Shown here: positions 54,442-63,810 of the stretch, in pieces | Layout: each line of letters begins with the position of its first letter | Position numbering within the stretch: position 1 is the stretch's first letter | From: PVC group bacterium | GTDB lineage: Bacteria; Omnitrophota; Gorgyraeia; B26-G9 | NCBI GenBank assembly: GCA_024231215.1 | Contig: JAAEQR010000142.1 | Location: forward strand, 420,593 to 484,592 | Direction of reading: 5' to 3' | Length of the DNA: 64,000 nucleotides | Position numbers and translations under genes: made by a program | The notes under the pieces: model-generated | Told to the model about the DNA's origin: nothing | What the model saw: only the letters and a program-made list of their open reading frames with translations | Database searches by the model: none

Positions 54442-55512
54442 TTAATTTAAATATCGCAACCGCCAGCTTAAAATCAAGCCGGCTTTCTTTGTATCCGGAT
54501 CTATATCTTTTTTAAAAACACATCTAATTTGACATCTTCCTTTTCTATAATTTAATGCCGATTCACTCTGAATAAGAAAGATTTCAGAAGATGTAGAAAG
54601 CTTACCCTGAGAAACTAATATGTTCAATTCCGTCACTTCTGAAGGAGCAAGCGCATAGATTTTACTTAACTCAGCCGACAAAACTCCTGCATTAATAAAC
54701 ACCCGATCATCTATACTTGTTGCAATTCCGTCCTCTCCACAACGAAATAAAAGAATCTTCCGTATTAACTTCTTATTTAAACCTAATGCGCGTAATACAG
54801 ACCGTGAAGCAGTATTAATATTTACTTGCCCTGTCCCGTAAACCGTAAGATACGACCGTATTTTGGGCAAAATTTCAGCGTTTATTCCCTTTATATAACA
54901 CAATTCTTCCAACGCCTGAAAGGATCTGTCTTTACAATTATACGGCAGACTTAAACTACGATAATATGCGCTTTCAGCCCCATTAGGCAGTGATTGTGTA
55001 TCCTCATCGCGCCAATCTACTATACTTGAAGCAATAATATCAGCATCACGAGGTTCAAGATCTGTAACAGCACGAATTAAACGTATCAATTCACTCCGGC
55101 TGGCTGTATTAATATTCATCCTGCCGCTAAGATCATTAACTCCGAACATGGTTAGTTCGGTTTCATCATCCGCTGCTGCATCCGGAGTATAGTCCCCCGG
55201 CATATATTTATACCCTACTCTAAAATATCCATCATTAACAACGCCTTTAGAAAAAATAGATTCCTGGTTACACATCGGTGTTTTTAAAGAAACCCTCATT
55301 GCCTGTGCATCAAAATTTCCAATTTCACTAACAGCTTTTTTCACTCCGGCTTCGGCAATAAGTAAAAGTTTATTCCTCGTTTCCAACCTTTCTAAAAAAT
55401 CCAGGCGCTGCCGCACACTGATTCCTAAGTATACCGCAAAAACCGTAAAAAGTCCAAGCATCCACAACACTAAAACAAGAATAGATCCAGTTTCTCTAGT
55501 TTTAAATTTCAT
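54442..55512 (-). CDS. gspK: GspK-like minor pseudopilin
   Basis: G|SILVLVLW, D.SGRMNINTA, IVDWRD.D, GAE..YY, EEL..IKG, G.VNINTA...VL. Confidence 0.88.
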   Translation of the reverse strand: MKFKTRETGSILVLVLWMLGLFTVFAVYLGISVRQRLDFLERLETRNKLLLIAEAGVKKAVSEIGNFDAQAMRVSLKTPMCNQESIFSKGVVNDGYFRVGYKYMPGDYTPDAAADDETELTMFGVNDLSGRMNINTASRSELIRLIRAVTDLEPRDADIIASSIVDWRDEDTQSLPNGAESAYYRSLSLPYNCKDRSFQALEELCYIKGINAEILPKIRSYLTVYGTGQVNINTASRSVLRALGLNKKLIRKILLFRCGEDGIATSIDDRVFINAGVLSAELSKIYALAPSEVTELNILVSQGKLSTSSEIFLIQSESALNYRKGRCQIRCVFKKDIDPDTKKAGLILSWRLRYLN

Positions 55513-55521
55513 TTAACTTCT

Positions 55522-56148
55522 TCAATTTAATATTCCGCCAGCCGGTATATTTATAGTTTTTATTCTTTGTTCAATTGTTTTATTATCCACAAAAGCCAGT
55601 TTTATTTTTACTGCCAGGGGGAACACTGTCTGCATCGACTCTAGTTCCAATGGAGGCCAGATTGAACTCCAAAAAAATGTTTCCTTTTCCTGATCATAAA
55701 AATAATATTGCAAGGAAAAAGACTGCACCTCTTCAAGTAACTGCCTGGCTATTGGTTTATGTTTAGAAAATAAACGCTGATAATCAACTTCTTTTCGATG
55801 CAAAGTCTTTTCCTGCTCATCATAAGAATAACTCACTCTTCCCGCAACAGACTCAAAATAATCTTCCCACCCAGGCCCGCTTTTTAACACCGTGGAAAAA
55901 GTAAACTCTGTTTCTCCTCCGGTAAGCGCCTGATCGGAAAAAGCAAATCCATTTTGAAGTTCTTCAGTAATCCGCTCAAAGAACAGATTCACATCAATTT
56001 GGGGAGAATCCCTGGTTACTAACTGCCATACCTTTATTCCGTTAGAAAGCATCACATATAACACTATTGCCAGCACAACAGACATCGCCGTACTCATAAG
56101 CATTTCAACAAATGTAAATCCACTTTTTCTGCTTTTTTTGCAAAACAT
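55522..56148 (-). CDS. GspJ-like minor pseudopilin (start moved to ATG 56148)
   Basis: KSG|FTFVEML prepilin motif; C-term LL..V..F.LQYF..., PLAVKI. Confidence 0.8.
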   Translation of the reverse strand: MFCKKSRKSGFTFVEMLMSTAMSVVLAIVLYVMLSNGIKVWQLVTRDSPQIDVNLFFERITEELQNGFAFSDQALTGGETEFTFSTVLKSGPGWEDYFESVAGRVSYSYDEQEKTLHRKEVDYQRLFSKHKPIARQLLEEVQSFSLQYYFYDQEKETFFWSSIWPPLELESMQTVFPLAVKIKLAFVDNKTIEQRIKTINIPAGGILN

Positions 56149-56215
56149 TATAGTTGCTCTACCGGCCCCAGACAATCGTGGCCCCTTCAGTTTTTTTATT
56201 TACAATCATCTGTTT

Positions 56216-56241
56216 CGGGCGGACGCAAGGCCCGCCCCTAC
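56216..56241 (-). repeat. GTAG-type REP palindrome
   Basis: Minus strand GTAGGGGCGGGCCTTGCGTCCGCCCG; weaker related copy at about 56163-56188. Confidence 0.65.
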
Positions 56242-56756
56242 GGTTTTTTCTGCAAAGGGTAGGCATTAGAAAAAAATCTTTTTGCCATGGTAGCCCTTTG
56301 AATGGATCGACTTTTAGATGCTTCATCCCATGAGATTGAAGCATCTACATCATACAACTCCTGGGTTACATCATCTAATGTCAGATTGATCTGCCAATTA
56401 AACCGCCGGCCATCAATACGTTCTATACCACTTTGCTGCGTAGCCAAAAAACTGCCCGAGCTCTGGTCTAGATTTTGCTGTACCTGCCAAATTTTTTCAT
56501 TAATAAAAAACTGCGCATTCAAACGATTGAAGAAAAAATTAATTGTGTCTAACGATACTAAAAATGATTCATAAATAACAACCAGACCTACAGCCAAAAT
56601 AACAACTGAAACCATCACTTCAATTAAGGTGAAACCCGCTGATGGCTTATGGCTAATAGTTAATAGCCGTCCTTTATCCTTAGATTTTGGCTTTTTTTTG
56701 ACTATGGACCATGGACTATTAGCTATAGACTGTTTAGTCCCAATTCGTAACATCAT
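56238..56756 (-). CDS. GspI-like minor pseudopilin with long (40-aa) leader
   Basis: SAG|FTLIEVMVSVVILAVGL; overlaps gspG end; leader contains heptamer arrays. Confidence 0.82.
   Translation of the reverse strand: MMLRIGTKQSIANSPWSIVKKKPKSKDKGRLLTISHKPSAGFTLIEVMVSVVILAVGLVVIYESFLVSLDTINFFFNRLNAQFFINEKIWQVQQNLDQSSGSFLATQQSGIERIDGRRFNWQINLTLDDVTQELYDVDASISWDEASKSRSIQRATMAKRFFSNAYPLQKKP
56638..56734. repeat. Pair of heptamer arrays (family E-like) inside the pseudopilin leader
   Basis: GCTGATG GCTTATG GCTAATA GTTAATA ... GACTATG GACCATG GACTATT AGCTATA GACTGTT; GCTAATAG/CTATTAGC complementary. Confidence 0.75.
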
Positions 56757-57138
56757 CGGTACTTTCTACCCCATCTTTACCTACTGAATAAAGATCATAA
56801 TCCTGAGGACGATGTTCCCCCGGAGACTTATATTCATATACTCTTCCCCAAGGATCTATCGGCTCTTTTTCTAAATAAGGACCATTCCAATTTATACCTG
56901 AAGTCGGTTTTGTCAATAGTGCCTGTAACCCTTCTGAGGTAGTAGGAAATCCACCGTTATCCAGCTCAAAAAGCTTCAATGCCGTAGCAATATTTGCACG
57001 AACATCTGCCCGGGCAGCCGAAGAACGTGCCTGTTCAGAACGTCCGGCCAATCGAGGCAGTACCATAGCCGCAAGTGCACTGATAATAATTACAACAAGC
57101 ATCAACTCAATTAACGTAAAACCATAATTCTTTTTCAT
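56734..57138 (-). CDS. gspG: Major pseudopilin GspG
   Basis: G|FTLIELM, ALKLFELDNG.FPTT.EGL.AL, WNGPYL, DPWG..Y.Y.SPG, YDLYS.G.DG, DDVTNW. Confidence 0.93.
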   Translation of the reverse strand: MKKNYGFTLIELMLVVIIISALAAMVLPRLAGRSEQARSSAARADVRANIATALKLFELDNGGFPTTSEGLQALLTKPTSGINWNGPYLEKEPIDPWGRVYEYKSPGEHRPQDYDLYSVGKDGVESTDDVTNWD

Positions 57139-57199
57139 AACACACCCTCCTCCAGGTAATAGACCTATTTTTTAAATACCATATTTTTTGAATTTTGAC

Positions 57200-58045
57200 T
57201 TATTTTAATATGTATTTCACCCATTTCTCTTCAAAATCAGCTAATGTACTCATCTTTGTGGGATAAGTATGGCTTAAAGCTCTCGCTATACTTGCGCCAT
57301 CTCTAAGCTGACGACAGAAAATAACAAAATCTTCCGCGTAATATCTCTCGACCAAAAAACCAACAAGGGAAAATGCCTGCAAATAATAAGCCGCGACAAG
57401 ATCACTGCCATCTACAATCTGAACATTTTTACCACCCAGAAATCGCAGCTTAACTTTTTGCCCTTGACTTACCTGTCGGATATCCATACGCATCATATCT
57501 TCCAAGGGAATTAAACGCCCATTCTGTGCCAGCTGTTTGATCATCAGCTTTCTTTCCTGCCTCTGCTGATGTTCCTCCCATTGAGCAACCCCTTCATCCA
57601 ACCAAAGCGGTACTTCTCCTTTAAATCCGACAAAATCACGAAATATCAAATGCGCAAGTTCATGCGGCAACAACTGATCGACAAATCCTTCACTCCAGGC
57701 ATAACTAATTATCTCTTTACGATTATAGTCAGCCATACCACGCGACCAGCTTGGTCTTCCTGAATCTTCCACATAGGAATCATGGTCAGAATGAATATAA
57801 ATTTTCACCCTGTCATCCCACTTCCAGAACCCGGAATACCGGACATATCCTAAATCATCCGCAATTGAATTATAATATTTTTCTGCCTTACGGGAAACCT
57901 CACGGGCAAAATTTTTATATTCACCAGATTTATAATAAACAATGAAATGATCTCCTTTGATCTCGGCCCAATCACTTTTCGCCTGTATCAAAGAACAAAA
58001 AACGAAAAAACAGAGACAAAAAATTACCAGAAATTTTATTTTCAT
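57200..58045 (-). CDS. Secreted clan MA zinc metallopeptidase-like protein
   Basis: Signal peptide; HELAH (HExxH) and PLWLDEGVA third ligand; HFIVYY, YLQAFSLV.FL. Confidence 0.82.
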   Translation of the reverse strand: MKIKFLVIFCLCFFVFCSLIQAKSDWAEIKGDHFIVYYKSGEYKNFAREVSRKAEKYYNSIADDLGYVRYSGFWKWDDRVKIYIHSDHDSYVEDSGRPSWSRGMADYNRKEIISYAWSEGFVDQLLPHELAHLIFRDFVGFKGEVPLWLDEGVAQWEEHQQRQERKLMIKQLAQNGRLIPLEDMMRMDIRQVSQGQKVKLRFLGGKNVQIVDGSDLVAAYYLQAFSLVGFLVERYYAEDFVIFCRQLRDGASIARALSHTYPTKMSTLADFEEKWVKYILK

Positions 58046-58053
58046 AAGTTTCG

Positions 58054-58088
58054 CTTACAGCTTAAGGCTTACCGCTTATAGCTTACTT
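58054..58088. repeat. Heptamer tandem array, family B (5 units)
   Basis: CTTACAG CTTAAGG CTTACCG CTTATAG CTTACTT filling the gspF-peptidase spacer. Confidence 0.8.
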
Positions 58089-59312
58089 TTAGTTCATCAC
58101 AACATTAATCTGAAATACAGGCAGGAGCATAGCAATAATAATTCCCCCGATTATTATTCCCATAATTAAAATCATTATCGGTTCCAAAAGATTCGTCATT
58201 ATTTTGACCGACTCATCTGTTTCTCTTTCATAAGTATTGGTCAGCTCCTCCAGCACTTCTTCTAATCGGCCCGATTCTTCCCCCACACTTACAAGATTAG
58301 CCATAAACTTAGGGAATACAGGAAAACGCTTAAGCGTTCTACCTACAGATTCTCCACGTTCTATATCTGAATACCCCTGTCGCAATGCTTCCCGAATCAT
58401 TTCATTACTCAGGGTGGGAATACTTACTCTTATCGCGTTCAGCAACTGAATCCCGCTTTTTAAAAGCAGCTCCAGCGTACGACTAAAACGTGCCAGCTCG
58501 GTTTTAAGAAAAATCTCGCCAAAAATCGGCAAACGCAATTTTAAAGCACTTAACATCAATTTCTGCTTTTTAGACCGCATTCCATATTTTATTATCAGTC
58601 CAATTGCTACACATAATAAAACAAACCCTACCCATACCCATCCTTGACGCAAAAAATGACTTATCGCAATAAGTATTTTTGTCGGCAAAGGAAGATCCTG
58701 TCCTAACCGGGTAAAAATCTTGAGCAATTTAGGCATTACAAACATTAGCATAAAAACAACAGTACCTACCCCCACAACTGCCATAAGTAGCGGATAAGTA
58801 AGTGCGGTACGAACATTAGATATGATCTGTTCCTGCCGATATCTATATTCGGAAATTCTAAATAATGCTTCATCTAAAGTACCGCTATTTTCTCCTGTAC
58901 GCACCAAAGCAATATACAGAGGAGAAAAAATTTTTAAATACCCTTCAAGTGCAGCAGATAACGTCCGACCTTTTTTGATTTCCCCATAAATTTCATTAAC
59001 TACAGCCTTTAGATAATTATTCTCCGATTGCTCTGCTAAAACACCCAAAGCTTTTAAAATCGGAACCCCTGACTTAAGCAAAATTGATAACTGCCGCGTA
59101 AATACCGTGATCCGTTTTTTACTAACTCCCAGACGAAAAAGACCGCCTTTGGACAATGGCATTGCATCTGCAGCATCTGTCTTTTCAATATGCATTGCCA
59201 GATATCCCAGCTGGCTTATTTTTTCTATTGCCTCTTCTTTTGAATCAGCTTCAATCGTTGAATCAATAATGTCATTTGGTCCTTTTTTGGCCCGATATTT
59301 AAACGTACCCAT
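58089..59312 (-). CDS. gspF: GspF/PilC platform protein (copy 2)
   Basis: FTRQLSILL.SGVP, GENSGTLD, ALTYP, LPLPT, RFSRTL, GEESGRLE, LLEP, AMLLP. Confidence 0.92.
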   Translation of the reverse strand: MGTFKYRAKKGPNDIIDSTIEADSKEEAIEKISQLGYLAMHIEKTDAADAMPLSKGGLFRLGVSKKRITVFTRQLSILLKSGVPILKALGVLAEQSENNYLKAVVNEIYGEIKKGRTLSAALEGYLKIFSPLYIALVRTGENSGTLDEALFRISEYRYRQEQIISNVRTALTYPLLMAVVGVGTVVFMLMFVMPKLLKIFTRLGQDLPLPTKILIAISHFLRQGWVWVGFVLLCVAIGLIIKYGMRSKKQKLMLSALKLRLPIFGEIFLKTELARFSRTLELLLKSGIQLLNAIRVSIPTLSNEMIREALRQGYSDIERGESVGRTLKRFPVFPKFMANLVSVGEESGRLEEVLEELTNTYERETDESVKIMTNLLEPIMILIMGIIIGGIIIAMLLPVFQINVVMN

Positions 59313-61483
59313 TAATCCCCTCGCAATACAAACCTGTTCAACCTTGACCGCTCCACATTAGGCAAATCTAAAAAACACACAGCTATCTCATAATTCTTGT
59401 TCGGTACTATTTCTTCAACTCTTATTACCCTCGCCAGACACTGCACCGAAGTTTCATCGGGAAGTTCCAAAGTTAAATCAACCATCTCCCCCACAGCTAA
59501 ACTTTCTGAGGTATCGAATAAAAGACCTCCCGCACTGATATTCTTTGTAACCGCAACCTGTTCCGGCTCATACCCAGCGTTCTTTTGGCCTGTTTTAAAA
59601 AATGTATACCGCACATATACCCGATTATCGAGGCGTTCAAAAACACGTCTGTCAGCCGGATCAATTGAATCAATTTCCTTCTTAACCGGTTTTATTTTTT
59701 CAGGTGAGATCTTTTTCACTGCCGGAGCCGCAGGAACAACCGGTTCTTCTACTTCTTCCGCTAAAGAAACCTCATCCGCCTGAGTAACACGCAATATTTC
59801 ATCAGTAGTAGTTACTCCTTCGATAACTTTCAACCAGCCGCTTTGGCGCAAAGTTCTCATCCCGCAATTCACAGCGCATCTTTTAATATCCTCACTTGAG
59901 ACTTTCTGCAAAACCAGCTTTCTTATAGATTCATTTAAAATTAGAATCTCATATATTGCAGTACGACCATAATACCCTGTAGAATTGCAGGACTGACATC
60001 CTTTACCGCGGTAAAGTTTAATTTCCTGACTATGATCATGACCTAAATCCCGTGCAATCTTCTCTTTTATATCCGTCGATTCAGTAATTTCTTCGCGGCA
60101 ATGAGGACAAATAACCCGTACCAATCGCTGAGCAATAAAACATTCCACGCTGGAAGCAACCAGATAAGGCTCAACCCCGACATCAACAAGCCTGGTAATT
60201 CCGCTGGCAGCATCGTTGGTATGTAACGTAGAAAAAACAAGGTGGCCGGTAAGTGCCACACGTATTGCTATTTCCGCAGTCTCCAGATCTCTCACCTCAC
60301 CGACCATCATAACATCCGGGTCATGGCGCAGCATACTGCGCAATCCGCAGGCAAAACTTAAACCTACAGCCGGTGTAACCTGGATCTGAGTTATTCCTTC
60401 AAGTTCATATTCAATTGGATCTTCAATTGTAATTATTTTACGCTTATTTGTATTGATGCAGGATAAACAAGCATAAAGCGTGGTGGTTTTACCACTACCG
60501 GTGGGACCAGTCAGGAAAACTATTCCATGTGGTTTGTCCAGTAACCCAGTAATCGACTGAAACTCTTCCGGAGCAAGCCCCAGCCTATCTAAGCCAAATA
60601 ACATTGTAGTCGGTAAAATCCTGATTACCACACTTTCTCCGTAAGGAGTCGGAATAAAAGAAACTCTCAGGTCCAAAGTTTCATCCTGAACCTTAACCAC
60701 AGCCCGGCCGTCTTGCGGTACACGCCGTTCTACAATATTCAAGTTAGCCATTAATTTAATCCTGGAAAGTATCGGAGTAAGAAAACTCTTCATTTCCGGA
60801 GAAAGATTAGCTTCATAAAGAATTCCGTCAATTCGATAACGCAAACGGATCTTACTGCGATATGGTTCAATATGAATGTCTGTTGCCCGTTTCTTATACG
60901 ATTCTAATATTATCTGATTCACTAATTGGATCACAGACGCAGTGCCGCTCAAGGCCTCAAGGTCTTCTACCTGTTCTTCTGCTTGAATTTTTGTTTCTGA
61001 GCTTTCGTATGTCTTTTGGGCAATTATCTTTTCTAAAGTCTCCGCCCCAAGACCATAGTATTTCTTAAGCATCTCAAAAATATCTTCTTCACAACTAATA
61101 CCTATAGCTATATTAAATCCAAGCTGAGTTCTTATCGCATCCTGCTTTTTTATATCTAGTGGATATGCAACTGCAATGGTCAAAGTCCGGTTTTCCAGTT
61201 TTACAGGAATAAACTTATAATAGGAAGCAACTTTAACCGGAACTTTTTTAATAGCATTATCATCTATCGGAATTGACTTTAAATCTAAATACAAGATATG
61301 GAGTTGGTTAGCAATATTTTCTAAAAGCTGTGCTTCAGATAAATTTGCACGTTGAGCTAAGAAAGGAACAGGTGAAGACTTTCTGTTTTCAGCTTCCGCA
61401 AAACAAGACTGGATAGTTTTTTCATCCAGCAGATTACGGTCAAGCAATAATTGCGTGACAATAGTATTGGTTTTTTTATCCAT
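59312..61483 (-). CDS. gspE: GspE/PilB ATPase fused to C-terminal PilZ domain
   Basis: ATDIHIEP, GPTGSGKTTT, LRHDPD, STLHTND, C2-C2; Pro/Glu linker; PilZ RRVFER (RxxxR) and NISAGG (NxSxxG). Confidence 0.9.
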   Translation of the reverse strand: MDKKTNTIVTQLLLDRNLLDEKTIQSCFAEAENRKSSPVPFLAQRANLSEAQLLENIANQLHILYLDLKSIPIDDNAIKKVPVKVASYYKFIPVKLENRTLTIAVAYPLDIKKQDAIRTQLGFNIAIGISCEEDIFEMLKKYYGLGAETLEKIIAQKTYESSETKIQAEEQVEDLEALSGTASVIQLVNQIILESYKKRATDIHIEPYRSKIRLRYRIDGILYEANLSPEMKSFLTPILSRIKLMANLNIVERRVPQDGRAVVKVQDETLDLRVSFIPTPYGESVVIRILPTTMLFGLDRLGLAPEEFQSITGLLDKPHGIVFLTGPTGSGKTTTLYACLSCINTNKRKIITIEDPIEYELEGITQIQVTPAVGLSFACGLRSMLRHDPDVMMVGEVRDLETAEIAIRVALTGHLVFSTLHTNDAASGITRLVDVGVEPYLVASSVECFIAQRLVRVICPHCREEITESTDIKEKIARDLGHDHSQEIKLYRGKGCQSCNSTGYYGRTAIYEILILNESIRKLVLQKVSSEDIKRCAVNCGMRTLRQSGWLKVIEGVTTTDEILRVTQADEVSLAEEVEEPVVPAAPAVKKISPEKIKPVKKEIDSIDPADRRVFERLDNRVYVRYTFFKTGQKNAGYEPEQVAVTKNISAGGLLFDTSESLAVGEMVDLTLELPDETSVQCLARVIRVEEIVPNKNYEIAVCFLDLPNVERSRLNRFVLRGD

Positions 61484-61525
61484 AATTATTCCGTTAATTA
61501 TAGTACTTTAACTGATATTTTCTTT

Positions 61526-61554
61526 ATTATCACATCAATAACAATGTTTGTCAA
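61526..61554 (-). promoter_or_regulatory. Possible internal promoter upstream of gspE
   Basis: Minus strand TTGACA (overlapping atpD stop)-17 nt-GATAAT with extended TGn. Confidence 0.4.
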
Positions 61555-62969
61555 TCCAAGGCCCCGATCATGTAAAATTCTTTTTCTCCCCGCTTATCGA
61601 ATTCACCCGCCATGATCCGCTTACAGTCCCTTACTGTTTCTTCTACAGTTACATATACACCTTTTCGACCGGTATAAACTTCAGCTACAAAAAACGGCTG
61701 AGTTAGAAAATTTTGGAGTTTCAACGCCCGTTCATAATTAGTACGGTCAGCCGCCGAAAGCTCATCAATACCAACAACTAATACTATTTTTCTTAATTCT
61801 TCGTATCGCTGAAAAATACGCAGTACATCTTGCGCAATATCATAATGATAGTTCCCTACAATATCCGGATCAAGATTATTACAGGCAGATAACAACGGAT
61901 CTATCGCCGGATAAAGCCCCATCTGCACCCGTTCACGCGAAAGAACAATAAGCGAATCCAAAAAACTAAAAATAGCTACTACCGCAGGGTCAGTCAAGTC
62001 ATCAGCCGGAACGTATACTGCTTCGATAGAGGTTATTGATCCGCCCAATGCCTTTTCGGATCTGATCCTTTCATGAAAATCCGCAGCCTCAGATATTAAA
62101 GTTGGCTGATATCCGGTTTCTGAAGGCACTCTGCCTAACAAAGTAGAAATCTCCTGCCCCGCCTGTAAAAAACGAAATACATTATCAATAAATAGAAGTA
62201 CATCTTTATTTTGTCTTTGAATACTTTCAGCCAGGGTTATCCCGGTCATAGCCACCCCGTAACGCGCTCCCGGCGGTTCATTCATTTGACCAAACACCAT
62301 TTTTATTTTAGGCAATAGTCCTTGGTTCTCTAATTCAAGATAAAGTTCATTACCCTCACGAATACGCTCTCCGGCACCGGTAAACACACACGCCCCCTGA
62401 TGTCTTTTAACAATATGCTGGATGATTTCCAGGGTAAGAACACTCTTACCCATAGCCGCACCTCCGAGGATCCCGTTTTTACTTCCTTTTACCAACGGAA
62501 ATAAAAGATCAATAATTTTAATCCCTGTTTCTAACAGTTCTACTCCTACCTTTGCTCCTTCTTCTTTGCTGACTTTAGTTCCTTTGGCCGCACGACGGAT
62601 CGGCCGCATTTCCACAGAATTAATCGGTCCTTTCTGATCTATCGGCTCACCCACAACATTCATCAGACGCGTATACACTTCATCTCCCACCGGAATTTCT
62701 ATTCCACCACCAGGCACAAATGCCGGAGAATTCCTCTGCATATTCAAAGTTGAATTAATAGATATACAACGCGCGATATTTCCGGGAAGATGTTCGGCAA
62801 CTTCCAAAGTAACTTTTTTGTCATCAACTGTATAGCTGGTAATAACGTCAAAGACATTGGGTACGTCTTGCTGATGCGTAAATTTCACATCAACTACCGG
62901 CCCCTGAACAGCTACCACCCATCCGACAACCTTTTTCTTTTCCTGTTTACTCGCTTGTTTAGTTTTCAT
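61551..62969 (-). CDS. atpD: F1-type ATPase beta subunit, divergent
   Basis: GPVVDVKF, ETGIK.IDL, Walker A GGAAMGKS, GERIREG, GQMNEPPGAR, LLFIDN.FRF.QAG.E.S.LLGR.PS..GYQPTL, YVPADD.TDP, IDELSAAD, LTQPF. Confidence 0.92.
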   Translation of the reverse strand: MKTKQASKQEKKKVVGWVVAVQGPVVDVKFTHQQDVPNVFDVITSYTVDDKKVTLEVAEHLPGNIARCISINSTLNMQRNSPAFVPGGGIEIPVGDEVYTRLMNVVGEPIDQKGPINSVEMRPIRRAAKGTKVSKEEGAKVGVELLETGIKIIDLLFPLVKGSKNGILGGAAMGKSVLTLEIIQHIVKRHQGACVFTGAGERIREGNELYLELENQGLLPKIKMVFGQMNEPPGARYGVAMTGITLAESIQRQNKDVLLFIDNVFRFLQAGQEISTLLGRVPSETGYQPTLISEAADFHERIRSEKALGGSITSIEAVYVPADDLTDPAVVAIFSFLDSLIVLSRERVQMGLYPAIDPLLSACNNLDPDIVGNYHYDIAQDVLRIFQRYEELRKIVLVVGIDELSAADRTNYERALKLQNFLTQPFFVAEVYTGRKGVYVTVEETVRDCKRIMAGEFDKRGEKEFYMIGALD

Positions 62970-63804
62970 GTGTCATCCTAGACGCGAAAAGCTCGCGCAT
63001 ATTTTGATCAACTATTTCATGTTTAGCGCGAAAGTATTTCAATTTAAGTTTTTTATCTAATTCTTTTATCCTCTGCGTGCAAAATTCAAGATGCATAAAA
63101 CGTGCCGCTTGTTCTGCCAAATTACTTAACCCAAAAATCTCAAATATCTTTTGCCCCAGCCAAAGATAAAGAAGGTATTCAACAAGATTATCAAATTTTG
63201 ATTCTAAAATAATCTCATTCAGCTCTAAGTTTGCCGGGCTCTTTTTTATATCCGGCACAAAAGGTAATACCTGTACCACTTCTACCCGCTGCATCGTAAA
63301 AGAAAGGGGTCTTGAAAAAACCAGTTTTACCGGTCCTAGTTTTCCTTGCAAAACATTATCTACGATATAGTCCCTTAACTGTAAAGCCTGTTCCAACCTT
63401 TTTTCCTGACTAATCCCCGGGAAAACCGCAAATACCATCTTATGTTTTTCCACGTATAACCTACCACGCTTGCCAATAATAATCAGTTTGCTATCCTGTT
63501 GCTGTACCTGGGTTAAGGCTTCATTCATAATCATAGCATTATATCCGCCCAAAAGACCAGCGTCTGAAGTTATCGCAATAATAGCTGTTGTTTTTTTAGA
63601 TTCGCTTACAAAAGGATGCTGTACTTTCTGCATATCCAGCCAGTAAAAAAAACTTTCTATCGCCTCAAGATAAGTCGCAAATGTCTTATTTTTCTTTTCC
63701 AAGCTATGGTATTGCGTGATCGCAATCATCTTTAATAACCCAATTAAAGATCCCAGCGATTTATAAAAATCCATATCTTCTTTTAACTTGGAAATTGAAC
63801 TCAT
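62959..63804 (-). CDS. atpG: F1-type ATPase gamma subunit, divergent (start moved to ATG 63804)
   Basis: ITSDAGLLGGYN, IIGKRG, S.LAEQAARF; between alpha-like and beta; ORF-track extension is repeat-derived. Confidence 0.85.
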   Translation of the reverse strand: MSSISKLKEDMDFYKSLGSLIGLLKMIAITQYHSLEKKNKTFATYLEAIESFFYWLDMQKVQHPFVSESKKTTAIIAITSDAGLLGGYNAMIMNEALTQVQQQDSKLIIIGKRGRLYVEKHKMVFAVFPGISQEKRLEQALQLRDYIVDNVLQGKLGPVKLVFSRPLSFTMQRVEVVQVLPFVPDIKKSPANLELNEIILESKFDNLVEYLLYLWLGQKIFEIFGLSNLAEQAARFMHLEFCTQRIKELDKKLKLKYFRAKHEIVDQNMRELFASRMTHEN

Positions 63805-63810
63805 AATATT

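Noticed and set aside
54426-54442. Palindrome AACCCAAA-A-TTTGGGTT between gspK and the pilM-like gene
   Set aside because: Single short occurrence with no second copy seen; function cannot be supported
56159-56344. 61-aa minus-strand ORF
   Set aside because: Overlaps the GspI-like gene out of frame and runs through a REP palindrome; no prepilin motif, so it is not the missing GspH
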